Notes: a model not told the origin generated them from the letters alone. 64,000 nucleotides of DNA from a virus (IMGVR_UViG_3300023184_000062:36747-100746), one strand, 5' to 3'. Numbered from the stretch's first letter, positions 7,641 to 17,831 are shown. A program made the numbers and translations.

Positions 7641-9002
7641 ATGGTATCAGTTGTTAAAAGTGAATGGCATCAAGTAGAGAAACGTTATGGCATTGAAATT
7701 GATGCCTCTTTGTTGAGTGAAATTTATCCTGAATTGGATGAAGATGAAATTGAAGCAAAACTTGCCGCACTAGAATCAGGTGAGGAAGATGTTGAAGAAG
7801 TACTCAATGAAGCATGGAACAATGATGTTGACATTGAATGGGATTATCTCAATGAAGATGATTGGTGGACTGATCGTAAAGGTGGGTATGAAGTTACCTA
7901 TAAAGTAGAAGAATGGAAAGTGCATGAAGATTATGTGTCTCCTGTTACTCACAAGTGTACTAAGTGTAAATGGACTGGAACACAGTATGATGCTGCATGG
8001 TCTTGGCAAGATAGTGATGGTAATGAGATAGATGATCCAATCAAGATTTGCCCCATGTGTGATAGTGCTACTGAATTAACAGAAGTGGGTGTTGAGGAAG
8101 CCGCAAAGGATGCTGCCAACAAAGCAAAGTGGGCTAAGATAGAGGACGAGGCTCTTGAAGAAACACCCGAAGAAGATGATGAAAACGTAGGCACTCCGCC
8201 AAGCGATGAAGAAATGAAGGCACAATTAGAAGTACTTGTAAATGAACAAGTAGCTAAATGGCCCTTTGAGAATGAACTTAACGAAGAATCTGATAAACAT
8301 GAAGAAGAAGTTGCAGCAGCCTGGCCGTTTGATAAAACTCCGCCGGTAGTAGATACAGATGTACTTCCAAACTATCCAGCTGGTGAATATACCATTCGTA
8401 TCTGGGGTCGTACCCGTGAAATCGGTGTAGGTAAGATTAGTAAACAACAATACGAATACTGGAGTCATGAGGATCACAATGATGACCTTTCTGATGCAAT
8501 GAATGAGTCATATGATTATGACGAGAACAATACACCAGAAAAAGCACGATTTGATAGTGCATATTATGAGTACCAAGATGTACATTCATTCTGGGGCTTT
8601 GATGAAGATGATACTCATATGACTATCACTAATGAAAGTGGTGAAGAAATTTATGACGGCACCTTAGATGGATTTATTAGTGAAGCACACGGAGACAATG
8701 ATAGTCGTTGGGACGCTACCGAAGAAGTAGAAGAACTATATCCTCACTATTTAGGTAAAGGTTACTTTGTAGTATGGACACAAGGTGGTAAGGGTAGTTG
8801 TATTCAAACTACAATTGATACTGAAGGTGAAGAGTTTGATCCTCGCAAACTAAAGTATACTACTTGGGATATTGAAGGTAGTTCATGTGTCAATCGTTTG
8901 AAATATGATGATGTTGAACTTGATGACTATGGTATGGATAGTGAACATGATAACTGGCGTGGACAGTGGTCACAGTTTGATGTTTATCACAACAAGAAAT
9001 AA
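7641..9002 (+). CDS. Highly acidic multi-domain protein with a zinc ribbon
   Basis: CTKC...CPMC; very D/E-rich; WPF repeats. Confidence 0.75.
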   Translation: MVSVVKSEWHQVEKRYGIEIDASLLSEIYPELDEDEIEAKLAALESGEEDVEEVLNEAWNNDVDIEWDYLNEDDWWTDRKGGYEVTYKVEEWKVHEDYVSPVTHKCTKCKWTGTQYDAAWSWQDSDGNEIDDPIKICPMCDSATELTEVGVEEAAKDAANKAKWAKIEDEALEETPEEDDENVGTPPSDEEMKAQLEVLVNEQVAKWPFENELNEESDKHEEEVAAAWPFDKTPPVVDTDVLPNYPAGEYTIRIWGRTREIGVGKISKQQYEYWSHEDHNDDLSDAMNESYDYDENNTPEKARFDSAYYEYQDVHSFWGFDEDDTHMTITNESGEEIYDGTLDGFISEAHGDNDSRWDATEEVEELYPHYLGKGYFVVWTQGGKGSCIQTTIDTEGEEFDPRKLKYTTWDIEGSSCVNRLKYDDVELDDYGMDSEHDNWRGQWSQFDVYHNKK

Positions 9003-9011
9003 GGATTAATC

Positions 9012-9242
9012 ATGCCATACGTATACAAAGAAGTTGAAGTAGATATTGATTTGAGTGACTTTGAAACAGATGACCTAATTGAAGAATTAGAAAGTCGTGG
9101 GGAATTATCTTCACGCACTGGACCTGGTCCATATGATCATAAAGAATTATTGGAAATTATTTGGATGCGGCGCAGAAACGGTCAAAACTATGATGCGCCG
9201 TTGGATCAATTAATTTATAATGTAACTGGTCATATAGTATGA
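9012..9242 (+). CDS. Hypothetical protein
   Basis: AAGGA SD; DIDLSDFETDDLIEELESRG. Confidence 0.7.
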   Translation: MPYVYKEVEVDIDLSDFETDDLIEELESRGELSSRTGPGPYDHKELLEIIWMRRRNGQNYDAPLDQLIYNVTGHIV

Positions 9243-9436
9243 CACATCCTTTAGTAGGGAAATCATATACCTTTGAAGATGGTAATAGGATGGAGATAAT
9301 CCAAGTAAGAGAAGTAGATGAACTACGCGGTGGTGCTAGTGTTACTTACTTGGCTTATCAAGGTCCAGGCATTCCACAAAAATTAATACTAAATTTAGAA
9401 CAATTCATGGATATCTACGGTCAGCTATTTGAATGA
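9239..9436 (+). CDS. Hypothetical protein
   Basis: ATGA-coupled. Confidence 0.65.
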   Translation: MTHPLVGKSYTFEDGNRMEIIQVREVDELRGGASVTYLAYQGPGIPQKLILNLEQFMDIYGQLFE

Positions 9437-9470
9437 CTATTTAGGTAGTCTACTGTAGACTAAATACAAA

Positions 9471-11162
9471 ATGCTTAAAAGAATATTCAGTTTTTCCAAC
9501 CTCACCTTATTAGTAGCATTAACACTTAGCACTATTGCCGCCTGGTATAGTATTATTGGTTTAACTACTATCTTTGCCGGAGCAGTAGTTCCAGTTATCA
9601 TCATGGGTTCAGCACTTGAACTCGCTAAGATTATAACAACAGTATGGCTGCGTAAGTATTGGCATCGTGCTGGATTACTAATCAAACTCTACTTAGTGCC
9701 AGCTGTAATGGCTATTGCATTGATTACAAGTATGGGTATCTTTGGCTTTTTAAGCAAAGCACACATGGATCAAGGTGTTACATCAGGTGATATACAATCT
9801 AAGATAGCAATATATGATGAAAAAATCAAAACCGAAAAAGAGAATATTGAAGCAAACCGCAAGGCGCTTAAACAAATGGATGAGGGAGTGGACCAAGTAC
9901 TGGGCCGCTCAACAACAGAAACGGGTGCCGAAAAAGCTGTGGCTATGCGAAAGTCCCAGCAGAAAGAACGTACTCGCCTTCAAAATGAAATACTACAGTC
10001 GCAGAAGTCTATCGCGGGACTTAACGATGAACGTGCGCCTATTGCCGCCGAGGTACGAAAAGTGGAGGCAGAGGTTGGACCAATAAAATATATAGCAGCA
10101 TTACTATATGGTGATAATCCTGACACTAACGTATTAGAACGTGCTGTACGTTGGGTTATTATTTTACTTGTTATTGTATTTGATCCATTAGCATTGATGT
10201 TAGTGTTAGCCGCTAATCAGAGTAAAGATTGGGACGATGAAGAACCTGTTGAAGAATCTGTTGAAGAAAAAGTAGAAGAAGATATTTCAGAAGATGGGTA
10301 TAAGACTACATGGCCTACCAGACCTCCTATACCCGGATACGATGACGAATATGTTAAATATCCCGGTGGCGTTGGGATTACTGAACCTGTAGCAGAAAAA
10401 GAATTTGATATTAAAGATCATCCATACTTGTTTACACCTGCAGGTAGTGATACCCCTCCAGGAATTAAACCAGTTGGCCCGCAAGTATACAAGCCAGAGC
10501 CAAGCGACCCAACATTAGACCCTTGCTATAAGTGCGGCACTCCATTAATGATTGCTCCGGGAATAGGTCCGTTTTGCCCAAACAAAGAGTGTGATGTATC
10601 AGACAATACAAACGGGGTAGAACCCATTGAGATAACATATATTCCACCTGCTCCAATCGTTGATGATGCTCCAAACTTTGAAGCAATTAAAATTGATGGA
10701 GAATGGGTACAAACTGGGCCGGCATTTGAAGAAAAACTCAAAGGTGAGTTGCCCGATACTATAGAATCCAATACTATTCCTTATCAGGAATTGGATGGTG
10801 GTTATGTAATGTATGACAATAAACATATGCATAAGGATGTCTTATTGGGTATGCGCCCAGATATGTTAAAACTAGTAGCCGATTCGGGTAGGGAATCTAA
10901 AACTAGTTTTGGAACATCATTCCCTGCTTTGTCTACAAAGGGTGATACATTTGTACGTGTTGATGCCTTACCAAATAAGGTTTACAAATTTGACGGAACC
11001 AGATGGATTGTTGTTAATAAGGCACAATCAACAAGCTATCTTTATGACCAAGAATATATCAAGTATTTGGTCAAGAAGATAGAATCAGGCGAGTACGATA
11101 TTGAATTATTATCCGATACCGAAAAGCAACAAATTGAAGAATACTTAACCAAAAAAGATTGA
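9471..11162 (+). CDS. Membrane protein with a coiled coil (conserved in T4-like phages); late, leaderless
   Basis: 3 N-terminal TMs, coiled coil, EVGPIKYIA, TM with VFDPLA, CxxC zinc ribbon; TAAATA 4 nt before ATG. Confidence 0.75.
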   Translation: MLKRIFSFSNLTLLVALTLSTIAAWYSIIGLTTIFAGAVVPVIIMGSALELAKIITTVWLRKYWHRAGLLIKLYLVPAVMAIALITSMGIFGFLSKAHMDQGVTSGDIQSKIAIYDEKIKTEKENIEANRKALKQMDEGVDQVLGRSTTETGAEKAVAMRKSQQKERTRLQNEILQSQKSIAGLNDERAPIAAEVRKVEAEVGPIKYIAALLYGDNPDTNVLERAVRWVIILLVIVFDPLALMLVLAANQSKDWDDEEPVEESVEEKVEEDISEDGYKTTWPTRPPIPGYDDEYVKYPGGVGITEPVAEKEFDIKDHPYLFTPAGSDTPPGIKPVGPQVYKPEPSDPTLDPCYKCGTPLMIAPGIGPFCPNKECDVSDNTNGVEPIEITYIPPAPIVDDAPNFEAIKIDGEWVQTGPAFEEKLKGELPDTIESNTIPYQELDGGYVMYDNKHMHKDVLLGMRPDMLKLVADSGRESKTSFGTSFPALSTKGDTFVRVDALPNKVYKFDGTRWIVVNKAQSTSYLYDQEYIKYLVKKIESGEYDIELLSDTEKQQIEEYLTKKD

Positions 11163-11187
11163 CTCTTTATCCTAACTAGTGTATAAT
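11159..11187 (+). promoter_or_regulatory. sigma70 promoter overlapping the upstream stop codon
   Basis: TTGACT-N17-TATAAT. Confidence 0.7.
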
Positions 11188-11217
11188 ACTAGTATCATTA
11201 ACTAACTGGAGTTATCC

Positions 11218-11847
11218 ATGAAACTTAAACTTGCCGCTATTGCGATAGCTATCGTACTTACTGGTTGCGCCTCAACTAAAAATGAAGGAGACGGGCCTGT
11301 AAAAACACAGAAACTTTCTACCTCATTTGCTGGTGAGAAAATTAAAATTGAAACTAATTGTACTTGGTACAAGTTTTGGAAAACTGAATGTGAGGTAATT
11401 GCTATTGAATCTACTGCGACTGCTACCTCATTCGGCAATACTTCAAACAATCGTAAAACCGCATTAACTGTTGCTGAAATGCGAGCCAATTCACACGTAG
11501 CAGAATTTATATCTAAGGATATCTCTACTACCCGGGTAACAAATACCATTGCTAAGAATCTTGAAAAAGCAAATGATAAAGTTAAATCTGGAAATACTGA
11601 TGGTTCTACTGTAGAAATGTCTGATAAGGAAGCTGCGTCTATTAGTTTGCGTGAAAACAACAACGAAACAATACATACTCTTACTGAAACAATACGTACT
11701 AATTCACAAGCAATACTTAAAGGATTTATCAAAATCAATGAAGAAGTAGTTGGCAATCAGGAAGTACTAGTAACTATTCGTTGGGATAAAGATACTGAAC
11801 GTGCTGCCGAAACATTGCGTAGAAAATTCAGCCCTAATCAGAACTAA
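11218..11847 (+). CDS. Lipoprotein (LPP20-like)
   Basis: Lipobox LTG-C; A...A.M.A...VAEFI pattern. Confidence 0.65.
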   Translation: MKLKLAAIAIAIVLTGCASTKNEGDGPVKTQKLSTSFAGEKIKIETNCTWYKFWKTECEVIAIESTATATSFGNTSNNRKTALTVAEMRANSHVAEFISKDISTTRVTNTIAKNLEKANDKVKSGNTDGSTVEMSDKEAASISLRENNNETIHTLTETIRTNSQAILKGFIKINEEVVGNQEVLVTIRWDKDTERAAETLRRKFSPNQN

Positions 11848-11850
11848 AAC

Positions 11851-12819
11851 ATGTTACGGCTACTTTGTTTAGTAGCATGTTTTTTGTTTGTTAATAATGC
11901 AGTAAGCGCCGAGAAATATATTCGTGTTACCGGCGAGGCTACTACTATTGAACAAGCAAAAGAAAATGCTTTTCGCACTGCTATTCAACAACGAGCAGGT
12001 GCTATTGTACTAAGTGAACGTGAGGCTAGAATGTCCTCACTCACTAAAGACAATATATCTGTGTTTAGCGCAGGATATATCAATGATTTTAAAATCGTTG
12101 ATATCAATCAAAATGGTTCTACTATCATAATCACTATGGATGTATTAGTAGCTGATAGTAAATTACTTAACCAGGTACTTACTACAGGGAGAACTGAACA
12201 GAGTATAGATGGCAATCGTGCCGGAATTGCAGTAAGTACTTACTTAGATCAAAAACAAAAAGGTGATCAAATGCTAGATATGGTATTAAGTACCTATCCA
12301 CATAATGCCTTTACTATTCAACAAAAGCCCTTTATTATTGCTATGGATAGTTATCGTAATACTTTAATACAAATACCGTATACCATTAAATGGAATAAAG
12401 ATTATATCTATGCATTAAACGAAGCATTAACATTATTGGAGGATAAGATTAGTTTCTTTCAAGAGGCTCCTGCTAAAATTGTAATAGGTGATAAAGACCC
12501 GATTGGTGCTTACGCTGGTAAATGGCAACATAAATTTAATGACTTAGTAACATATAACAAAATTGTAAACTCATTGAAGAATGACAGAGAATCACGATTC
12601 TTATTAGAAATATATGATAATGGTGGAGAATTGTTATATCATTCTTGCTATACTATGCCAATGTTTTATTCTATACAATTTAAACAATTAATGTTTATAA
12701 CTTCCAAAATTGAAACATCCTACTTACAAGCAACTATTGACAACGAACATAGATATGTAATTGACAGGGCTAGTAGGATAGAAGTGTCATCTGTTCCCGA
12801 CAGTGAATGTCACTGGTAA
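11851..12819 (+). CDS. Secreted protein with an LPP20/FlgT-N-like domain
   Basis: Signal peptide; V.G.A.T.EQAK.NAFR.AI. Confidence 0.55.
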   Translation: MLRLLCLVACFLFVNNAVSAEKYIRVTGEATTIEQAKENAFRTAIQQRAGAIVLSEREARMSSLTKDNISVFSAGYINDFKIVDINQNGSTIIITMDVLVADSKLLNQVLTTGRTEQSIDGNRAGIAVSTYLDQKQKGDQMLDMVLSTYPHNAFTIQQKPFIIAMDSYRNTLIQIPYTIKWNKDYIYALNEALTLLEDKISFFQEAPAKIVIGDKDPIGAYAGKWQHKFNDLVTYNKIVNSLKNDRESRFLLEIYDNGGELLYHSCYTMPMFYSIQFKQLMFITSKIETSYLQATIDNEHRYVIDRASRIEVSSVPDSECHW

Positions 12820-12855
12820 AAATAATAATCAAATTTTAAAAAGATAAATTAATAT

Positions 12856-14064
12856 ATGACCAACGAAACTAAAATAAACCATTGTTCCTTTTGTGAATTG
12901 CACAAAGATAAAGTTAAAAAATTAATAGTAAGTGAGGGTGTTGCTATATGTAGTGATTGTATTGATCTATGTAATAATCTGATCAAGGATGATAGTTCAA
13001 TTGTAGAAAGCAATCCCAAAGATGAAGAAGATATAAAATATGATCCATCTAGTATCAAAGAATACTTAGATATTCATGTAGTTGGGCAGAATAATGCTAA
13101 AACAGTACTAAGTGTGGCTATTGCTAATCACTATAAACGTATCACTTATCCACCAAAAGATTTAGAGATTGCCAAAGGTAATGTGTTATTAATTGGGCCA
13201 ACTGGATCAGGTAAAACATTGCTAGCCAAGACTGTAGCAAAATATCTCAAAGTGCCCTTCGTTGTTGCTGATGCTACTTCACTAACAGAAGCTGGCTATG
13301 TGGGTGATGATGTTGAATCCATGATTAGTATGCTATTAAATGCTGCCGGGGGAGACCCTAGATTAGCAGAACGTGGTATTGTGTTTGTTGATGAGATTGA
13401 CAAGATTGCCCGTCGTAGTGAATCAGCAAGTATTACCCGAGACGTATCAGGTGAGGGCGTTCAGCAAGCATTACTTAAGTTGGTTGAAGGTACAGTATGT
13501 CGTATCCCAGCTGGTGGAGGGCGTAAACATCCTGGTGGTGACATGATGGAAATTGATACGAAAAATATATTATTCATATCAGGCGGAGCCTTTGTTGGGT
13601 TGAAAGATTTGATTGGTAATCGTAAGAATGGCTCTACTATTGGATTTGGTGCTGATATCAAAGACAAAAAAGTAGAGGGTGATTTGACTGAAGTTACCCC
13701 AGATGACTTAACCAAGTATGGAATGATTCCAGAGTTTATTGGACGTTTCACCACTACAGTTAGTATCGGGGAATTGAATAAAGAAGAATTGTTACGTGTT
13801 TTGACTGAAGTTAAAAACAACTATATCGCCCAATATACATATCTATTGAGTATTGATGATATTAATTTAACCTTTGCGGATGAGGCCTTAGAACAAATTG
13901 TTGAAAATTGCTTGACACTAAAGACCGGAGCACGTGGATTACATACTGAAATTGAGCGTTGTTTGATGCCACACATGTTCAACACCAAAAAGTACAGAGA
14001 AAATAACGTAACTGAGATAAATATAACAAGGGAGCAAGTTTTAGAACCAAAATCAATTTTATGA
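12856..14064 (+). CDS. clpX: ATP-dependent Clp protease ATPase subunit ClpX
   Basis: C4 zinc domain CSFC...CSDC, GPTGSGKT, TEAGYVG, DEIDKI, RDVSGEGVQQALLK, RKH loop, IGF loop. Confidence 0.97.
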   Translation: MTNETKINHCSFCELHKDKVKKLIVSEGVAICSDCIDLCNNLIKDDSSIVESNPKDEEDIKYDPSSIKEYLDIHVVGQNNAKTVLSVAIANHYKRITYPPKDLEIAKGNVLLIGPTGSGKTLLAKTVAKYLKVPFVVADATSLTEAGYVGDDVESMISMLLNAAGGDPRLAERGIVFVDEIDKIARRSESASITRDVSGEGVQQALLKLVEGTVCRIPAGGGRKHPGGDMMEIDTKNILFISGGAFVGLKDLIGNRKNGSTIGFGADIKDKKVEGDLTEVTPDDLTKYGMIPEFIGRFTTTVSIGELNKEELLRVLTEVKNNYIAQYTYLLSIDDINLTFADEALEQIVENCLTLKTGARGLHTEIERCLMPHMFNTKKYRENNVTEINITREQVLEPKSIL

Positions 14065-14282
14065 GCATAAAAGGAAGACGAGTTATTGTTACTGACGGAA
14101 ACGTTGATAAAGCATTACGTAAATTCAAAAAGAAGATAACAGACCAAAATCTGTTACAGGAATTGCGTGATCGGGAACAATATGTCAAACCCAGTATACA
14201 GCGTAAGGTTGATAAAGGGTTAGCCAAACGTAGATGGCAGAAATACTTGCGTGACCAGAGTCTTCCCAAAAAACTATTTTAA
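14061..14282 (+). CDS. rpsU: Ribosomal protein bS21
   Basis: NVDKALRKFKKK...ELRDREQYVKPS. Confidence 0.9.
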   Translation: MSIKGRRVIVTDGNVDKALRKFKKKITDQNLLQELRDREQYVKPSIQRKVDKGLAKRRWQKYLRDQSLPKKLF

Positions 14283-14319
14283 CCTAAATAGTAGAATTTT
14301 TTACGTATTTCATATATAA

Positions 14320-14390
14320 TAAATACTTATTGTAGATGCCGATGGTCGGGTCTACAATATAGTCATCTTGCTTAATAGGAGAAAAATATG
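14320..14390 (+). promoter_or_regulatory. hsp20 5' UTR with a ROSE-like RNA thermometer
   Basis: TAAATA promoter; 5' hairpin TATTGTAGA/TCTACAATA; UCUUGCU-uaau-AGGAGA pairs the SD with a bulged G. Confidence 0.8.
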
Positions 14391-14837
14391 ACAAAAACTT
14401 TACACCTTCGTTCCCTTGACATTCCGTCAATTCACAAATTTGCAGTAGGTTTTGATAATATGTTTGATGAAATCTTACGTGTTAATGCTCAACAATCTAA
14501 TTCAAACTATCCCCCGTATAATGTCGTTCAAATCAATGAGGACGAGTTTATGATTAGTATCGCAGTGGCTGGATTTGGTCTTGATAATCTTTCGGTAACA
14601 AAAGACAAAAACTTTTTAATTATTGAAGGTAAAAACACAATCAAGGAAGAAGAAATTGACATTAACTATCTACACAAGGGTATCAGCGCAAGAGATTTCC
14701 GTCGTGAATTCAAACTTGCCGACTTTGTAGAGATTGAAAATGCTCATTTAGAATTGGGAATTCTTAATGTTCACTTAAAACGTGAAATACCTGAAGAACA
14801 AAAGCCCAAGTCTATTGCTATTACCTATACTAAATAG
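14388..14837 (+). CDS. Small heat-shock protein (Hsp20/IbpA family)
   Basis: GFD..F, YPPYNV, AVAGF, YLHKGIS.R.F.R.F.L, GIL.V.L...IPEE.KP..I.I. Confidence 0.95.
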   Translation: MTKTLHLRSLDIPSIHKFAVGFDNMFDEILRVNAQQSNSNYPPYNVVQINEDEFMISIAVAGFGLDNLSVTKDKNFLIIEGKNTIKEEEIDINYLHKGISARDFRREFKLADFVEIENAHLELGILNVHLKREIPEEQKPKSIAITYTK

Positions 14838-14851
14838 TATAATAGCATCAT

Positions 14852-14880
14852 GTGTGTAGTCATAGTGGCTACACACTTTT
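14852..14880 (+). terminator. Rho-independent terminator-like hairpin
   Basis: GTGTGTAGTCA-TAG-TGGCTACACAC followed by TTTT. Confidence 0.65.
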
Positions 14881-14902
14881 ATAACTAACAATATAAACTA
14901 CT

Positions 14903-15208
14903 ATGTCTAAAACAGAAACAAAAATTAAGATCAAGCCTAACCTTGCATTATCCGAGCCTCCGTTGTTCAAAATCATTTATATCAATGATAATGTAACAAG
15001 TATGGAATTTGTCGTAGGTAGTTTAATTGATTACTTTAATTATAACCAAGATACTGCACAAACAATTACACATAATATCCATGAAGAAGGTAGTGCAATT
15101 GTTGCTGTACTGCCATATGAAATTGCTGAACAAAAGGGTATTGAGGTTACACTTGATGCACGTAGTCAAGGATTCCCGTTACAAGTGAAAGTTGAAGCTG
15201 AGGCTTAA
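14903..15208 (+). CDS. clpS: Clp protease adaptor ClpS
   Basis: PPLFKIIYINDNVTSMEFVV...IHEEG.A.V....EIAE.K...FPL. Confidence 0.92.
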   Translation: MSKTETKIKIKPNLALSEPPLFKIIYINDNVTSMEFVVGSLIDYFNYNQDTAQTITHNIHEEGSAIVAVLPYEIAEQKGIEVTLDARSQGFPLQVKVEAEA

Positions 15209-15903
15209 ATTGTAATTGCTATTCGTTTAGCCCAATAGGGGTTTCTTTTGAAACTGCTATTATTAATGTAGTTGATATCATTTATATTGGTATCAACTAC
15301 TTTTTTGTATGTGCCATACAACCAATGCGATACTTTACTTTCTGTATCGGCTAGTAGTGAAATACTTAAATTAAGTTGAGTATCTATTGTTGAGGGATGT
15401 TCGCCAAAGTATAAATCTATACTGGGAACAGAGTTAGAGACTACTACAATACGTTTAACATCTAAATGTTTTTGTAGTCGTTCAATTGTATTTTTAAGAT
15501 ATAATATATCCTCATTGCGATGAACTTCTATGATGCTAGCGGTTTCATCTTCATATACAGTATTGCCATACCAGCCATTAGCACCAATAACTGCTATGCC
15601 ATCAATGACAACCACATGATGGTGCATTAATGCTAGATTACGAATATTGCGACATGCTTTATGGATTTCTTCAGTTCTTTTTGCAACATCACCTGTATTG
15701 TGATATTCTAGTGAACCTAGAGTATAGAATATACCCTGATAGAATTTAGATAAATGCGATAAAGTTTGCTTAATCGTGCGTAAATCTTCACTAATGTTTC
15801 CTGCTATTATACAGTATAAACTAGTTGCTTTTCCTTCCCAATCAAAACTATCATCGGGAGATAGATTTAGGTCACTAATTAAGTCAAACCCTATCGTGGT
15901 CAT
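15205..15903 (-). CDS. Calcineurin-like metallophosphoesterase fold, catalytically degenerate
   Basis: SDLN, AGNI, GSLEY, SNSVP and YGTY replace DxH, GD, GNHE, HH and GHxH. Confidence 0.7.
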   Translation of the reverse strand: MTTIGFDLISDLNLSPDDSFDWEGKATSLYCIIAGNISEDLRTIKQTLSHLSKFYQGIFYTLGSLEYHNTGDVAKRTEEIHKACRNIRNLALMHHHVVVIDGIAVIGANGWYGNTVYEDETASIIEVHRNEDILYLKNTIERLQKHLDVKRIVVVSNSVPSIDLYFGEHPSTIDTQLNLSISLLADTESKVSHWLYGTYKKVVDTNINDINYINNSSFKRNPYWAKRIAITI

Positions 15904-16227
15904 TTATTTTGCAATGCTAATTTTAGGCTTTTTTGCAGCAGCAGGTGCTTTCGCTTTTGCTGGCGCTTTTGCTGGCGCTTTTTCTGCTTTTGGCTTAGCA
16001 GGTGCTTTAGCAGCGGCAGGCTTTGCGGCCTTTGGCTTAGCAGGTGCTTTAGCTACAGCAGGAGCCTTTTCAGCTACAACCGGAGCAGCTACAGTGGCAG
16101 GAGCAACTACAGCCGGGGCTGGAGTTGGTGCTTCTACTTTGTAGGATGCAGCAGGTGCCGCTGTCTCGGGGGTCGCTACCGGGGCTGGGGATTCAATCCC
16201 GAGTAGACTTTTTAGAAATTTGATCAT
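15904..16227 (-). CDS. Ala/Pro/Lys-rich histone-H1-like basic protein; late
   Basis: AAGGAG SD, TAAATA at 16245-16250; KAPAKPKA repeats. Confidence 0.7.
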   Translation of the reverse strand: MIKFLKSLLGIESPAPVATPETAAPAASYKVEAPTPAPAVVAPATVAAPVVAEKAPAVAKAPAKPKAAKPAAAKAPAKPKAEKAPAKAPAKAKAPAAAKKPKISIAK

Positions 16228-16298
16228 AATTTTCTCCTTCATAGTATTTACTATCGGTTAAGAATTTTATATTTTTTTCTATAGATAAATACTAAACT

Positions 16299-17831
16299 AT
16301 GCGTGAACTTATTAATATCATTGAACAACTGAACGAAAGCACTGGACTAGCCGGGCGTAAACCAGGCGACGTTTTTAAAAACGAAAATGGTGAGGAGGCA
16401 ATATTTAATGATATTAAATTCTTCCCCGAAGGTGGAGGAAAATACTCGCCTGAAGAACTGGATCAGGCACTAGGTGAAATTGAACAACAAGTTCCAGGAA
16501 TTGTTTGGCAAAACAGTCGTTCTGGACGTACAGGTGGATTTGCAATAATCTCATTCGGTAACTTTGTTATTGGACAATATCTACAGGAAGTTAAACCTTC
16601 TATTACTGATAACAAAGTATCAAATACATTTACAGTAGATGGTGCAACTTATAAGTTCGGTGGCAAGGCTGCTGCCAAAGCTGATGCAGGATTAAGTCCA
16701 CAAGATTTGTTAACGGATAAAATTGATTTAACTATTCCAAAGATAATGAATCAGCTTGCTAGCAGTCTAGGAACTGATAACCCATTATACGCTTTAGCAC
16801 ATAATATCGCAATGGGACAACCATTGCCCATAACATTTGATGCTCCAGAGGGAGTTAGTTTTACTGCGTTCCGTGATTATTTCTGTGAAATATTACAACC
16901 AATAGCATTGCAAAAAGGTCAATACACGGGTAACGCAGGTGAGGCTGCAAATAAGTTTTTAGGTGGATCATTCCAAAAAACATTAATCAGTTTTGATGAT
17001 AGCAAAACCGCAGGACTAAGCGATAGTGTTATGTCTACTAGAGATGGTCGTAGCGTACTGGTAAGTACTAAAGGTGGCAAAGGTGCTACCGCTAGCGCAT
17101 CAAACTTAATTGACCAAATTGATAAGATTGCAGAAACGCCAGATGGTGGAAAATTCTTAAACAAACACAAACAAATAGTTGACTTACTACGTGAGATACA
17201 AGATGCAGGGCAAGCAGGTGCTCCATTAATGTTGGGTGTAAGATATGGTATCATCAGTCCTGATGATGCTGAAATGATTAGAGCATTTAAAAAGTTAAGT
17301 CCAGTTAGCTTAGACAATCTTGGTCAACTTGGTCTTAGCGAGAACTTAACAAAATTGGCACAATCACGTAACACAGATGATCCAGATAATGTAAACTTAT
17401 ATTATCACTTGATGGCAGCAGTGGCACACAAAGCTGCTGAGGAAGTTAATGACAAAACTAAATTCAGTTCTGCTGCTGCTGATATATTAAACAACGGTGC
17501 ATTAGTGCAAATGTATACCAAAGCAAATGAGGGCAAAGGTAAATGGACCTTGCAAGAATTCAATACAGTTTATCCAGGTAAAAGCATCAAGGGTGTTTAT
17601 CTCTCAGCAGGTAAAACATATTACAGCACTGGAATAAAGGGTAACTATACATTCAAAATTGATAAAGGTTCAGGTAAACCCAAAGATGATGAAGAAACAA
17701 CTAGCACACCTGCAGCAAGAGTAAAACGTGAAAAAAATGCAGGTAAAGATGAGTTAGCAACATCAGCAAGAGATATTGTTAATCCTGTTAATAAGCCAAG
17801 AGAAACTGGCACTAGGACTAAACGTAAATAA
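16299..17831 (+). CDS. Late protein with a CTS-like N-terminus; possible PD-(D/E)xK-like nuclease
   Basis: TAAATA 7 nt before ATG; MRELINIIEQLNE; FCE...GLSDS...VSTK. Confidence 0.55.
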   Translation: MRELINIIEQLNESTGLAGRKPGDVFKNENGEEAIFNDIKFFPEGGGKYSPEELDQALGEIEQQVPGIVWQNSRSGRTGGFAIISFGNFVIGQYLQEVKPSITDNKVSNTFTVDGATYKFGGKAAAKADAGLSPQDLLTDKIDLTIPKIMNQLASSLGTDNPLYALAHNIAMGQPLPITFDAPEGVSFTAFRDYFCEILQPIALQKGQYTGNAGEAANKFLGGSFQKTLISFDDSKTAGLSDSVMSTRDGRSVLVSTKGGKGATASASNLIDQIDKIAETPDGGKFLNKHKQIVDLLREIQDAGQAGAPLMLGVRYGIISPDDAEMIRAFKKLSPVSLDNLGQLGLSENLTKLAQSRNTDDPDNVNLYYHLMAAVAHKAAEEVNDKTKFSSAAADILNNGALVQMYTKANEGKGKWTLQEFNTVYPGKSIKGVYLSAGKTYYSTGIKGNYTFKIDKGSGKPKDDEETTSTPAARVKREKNAGKDELATSARDIVNPVNKPRETGTRTKRK

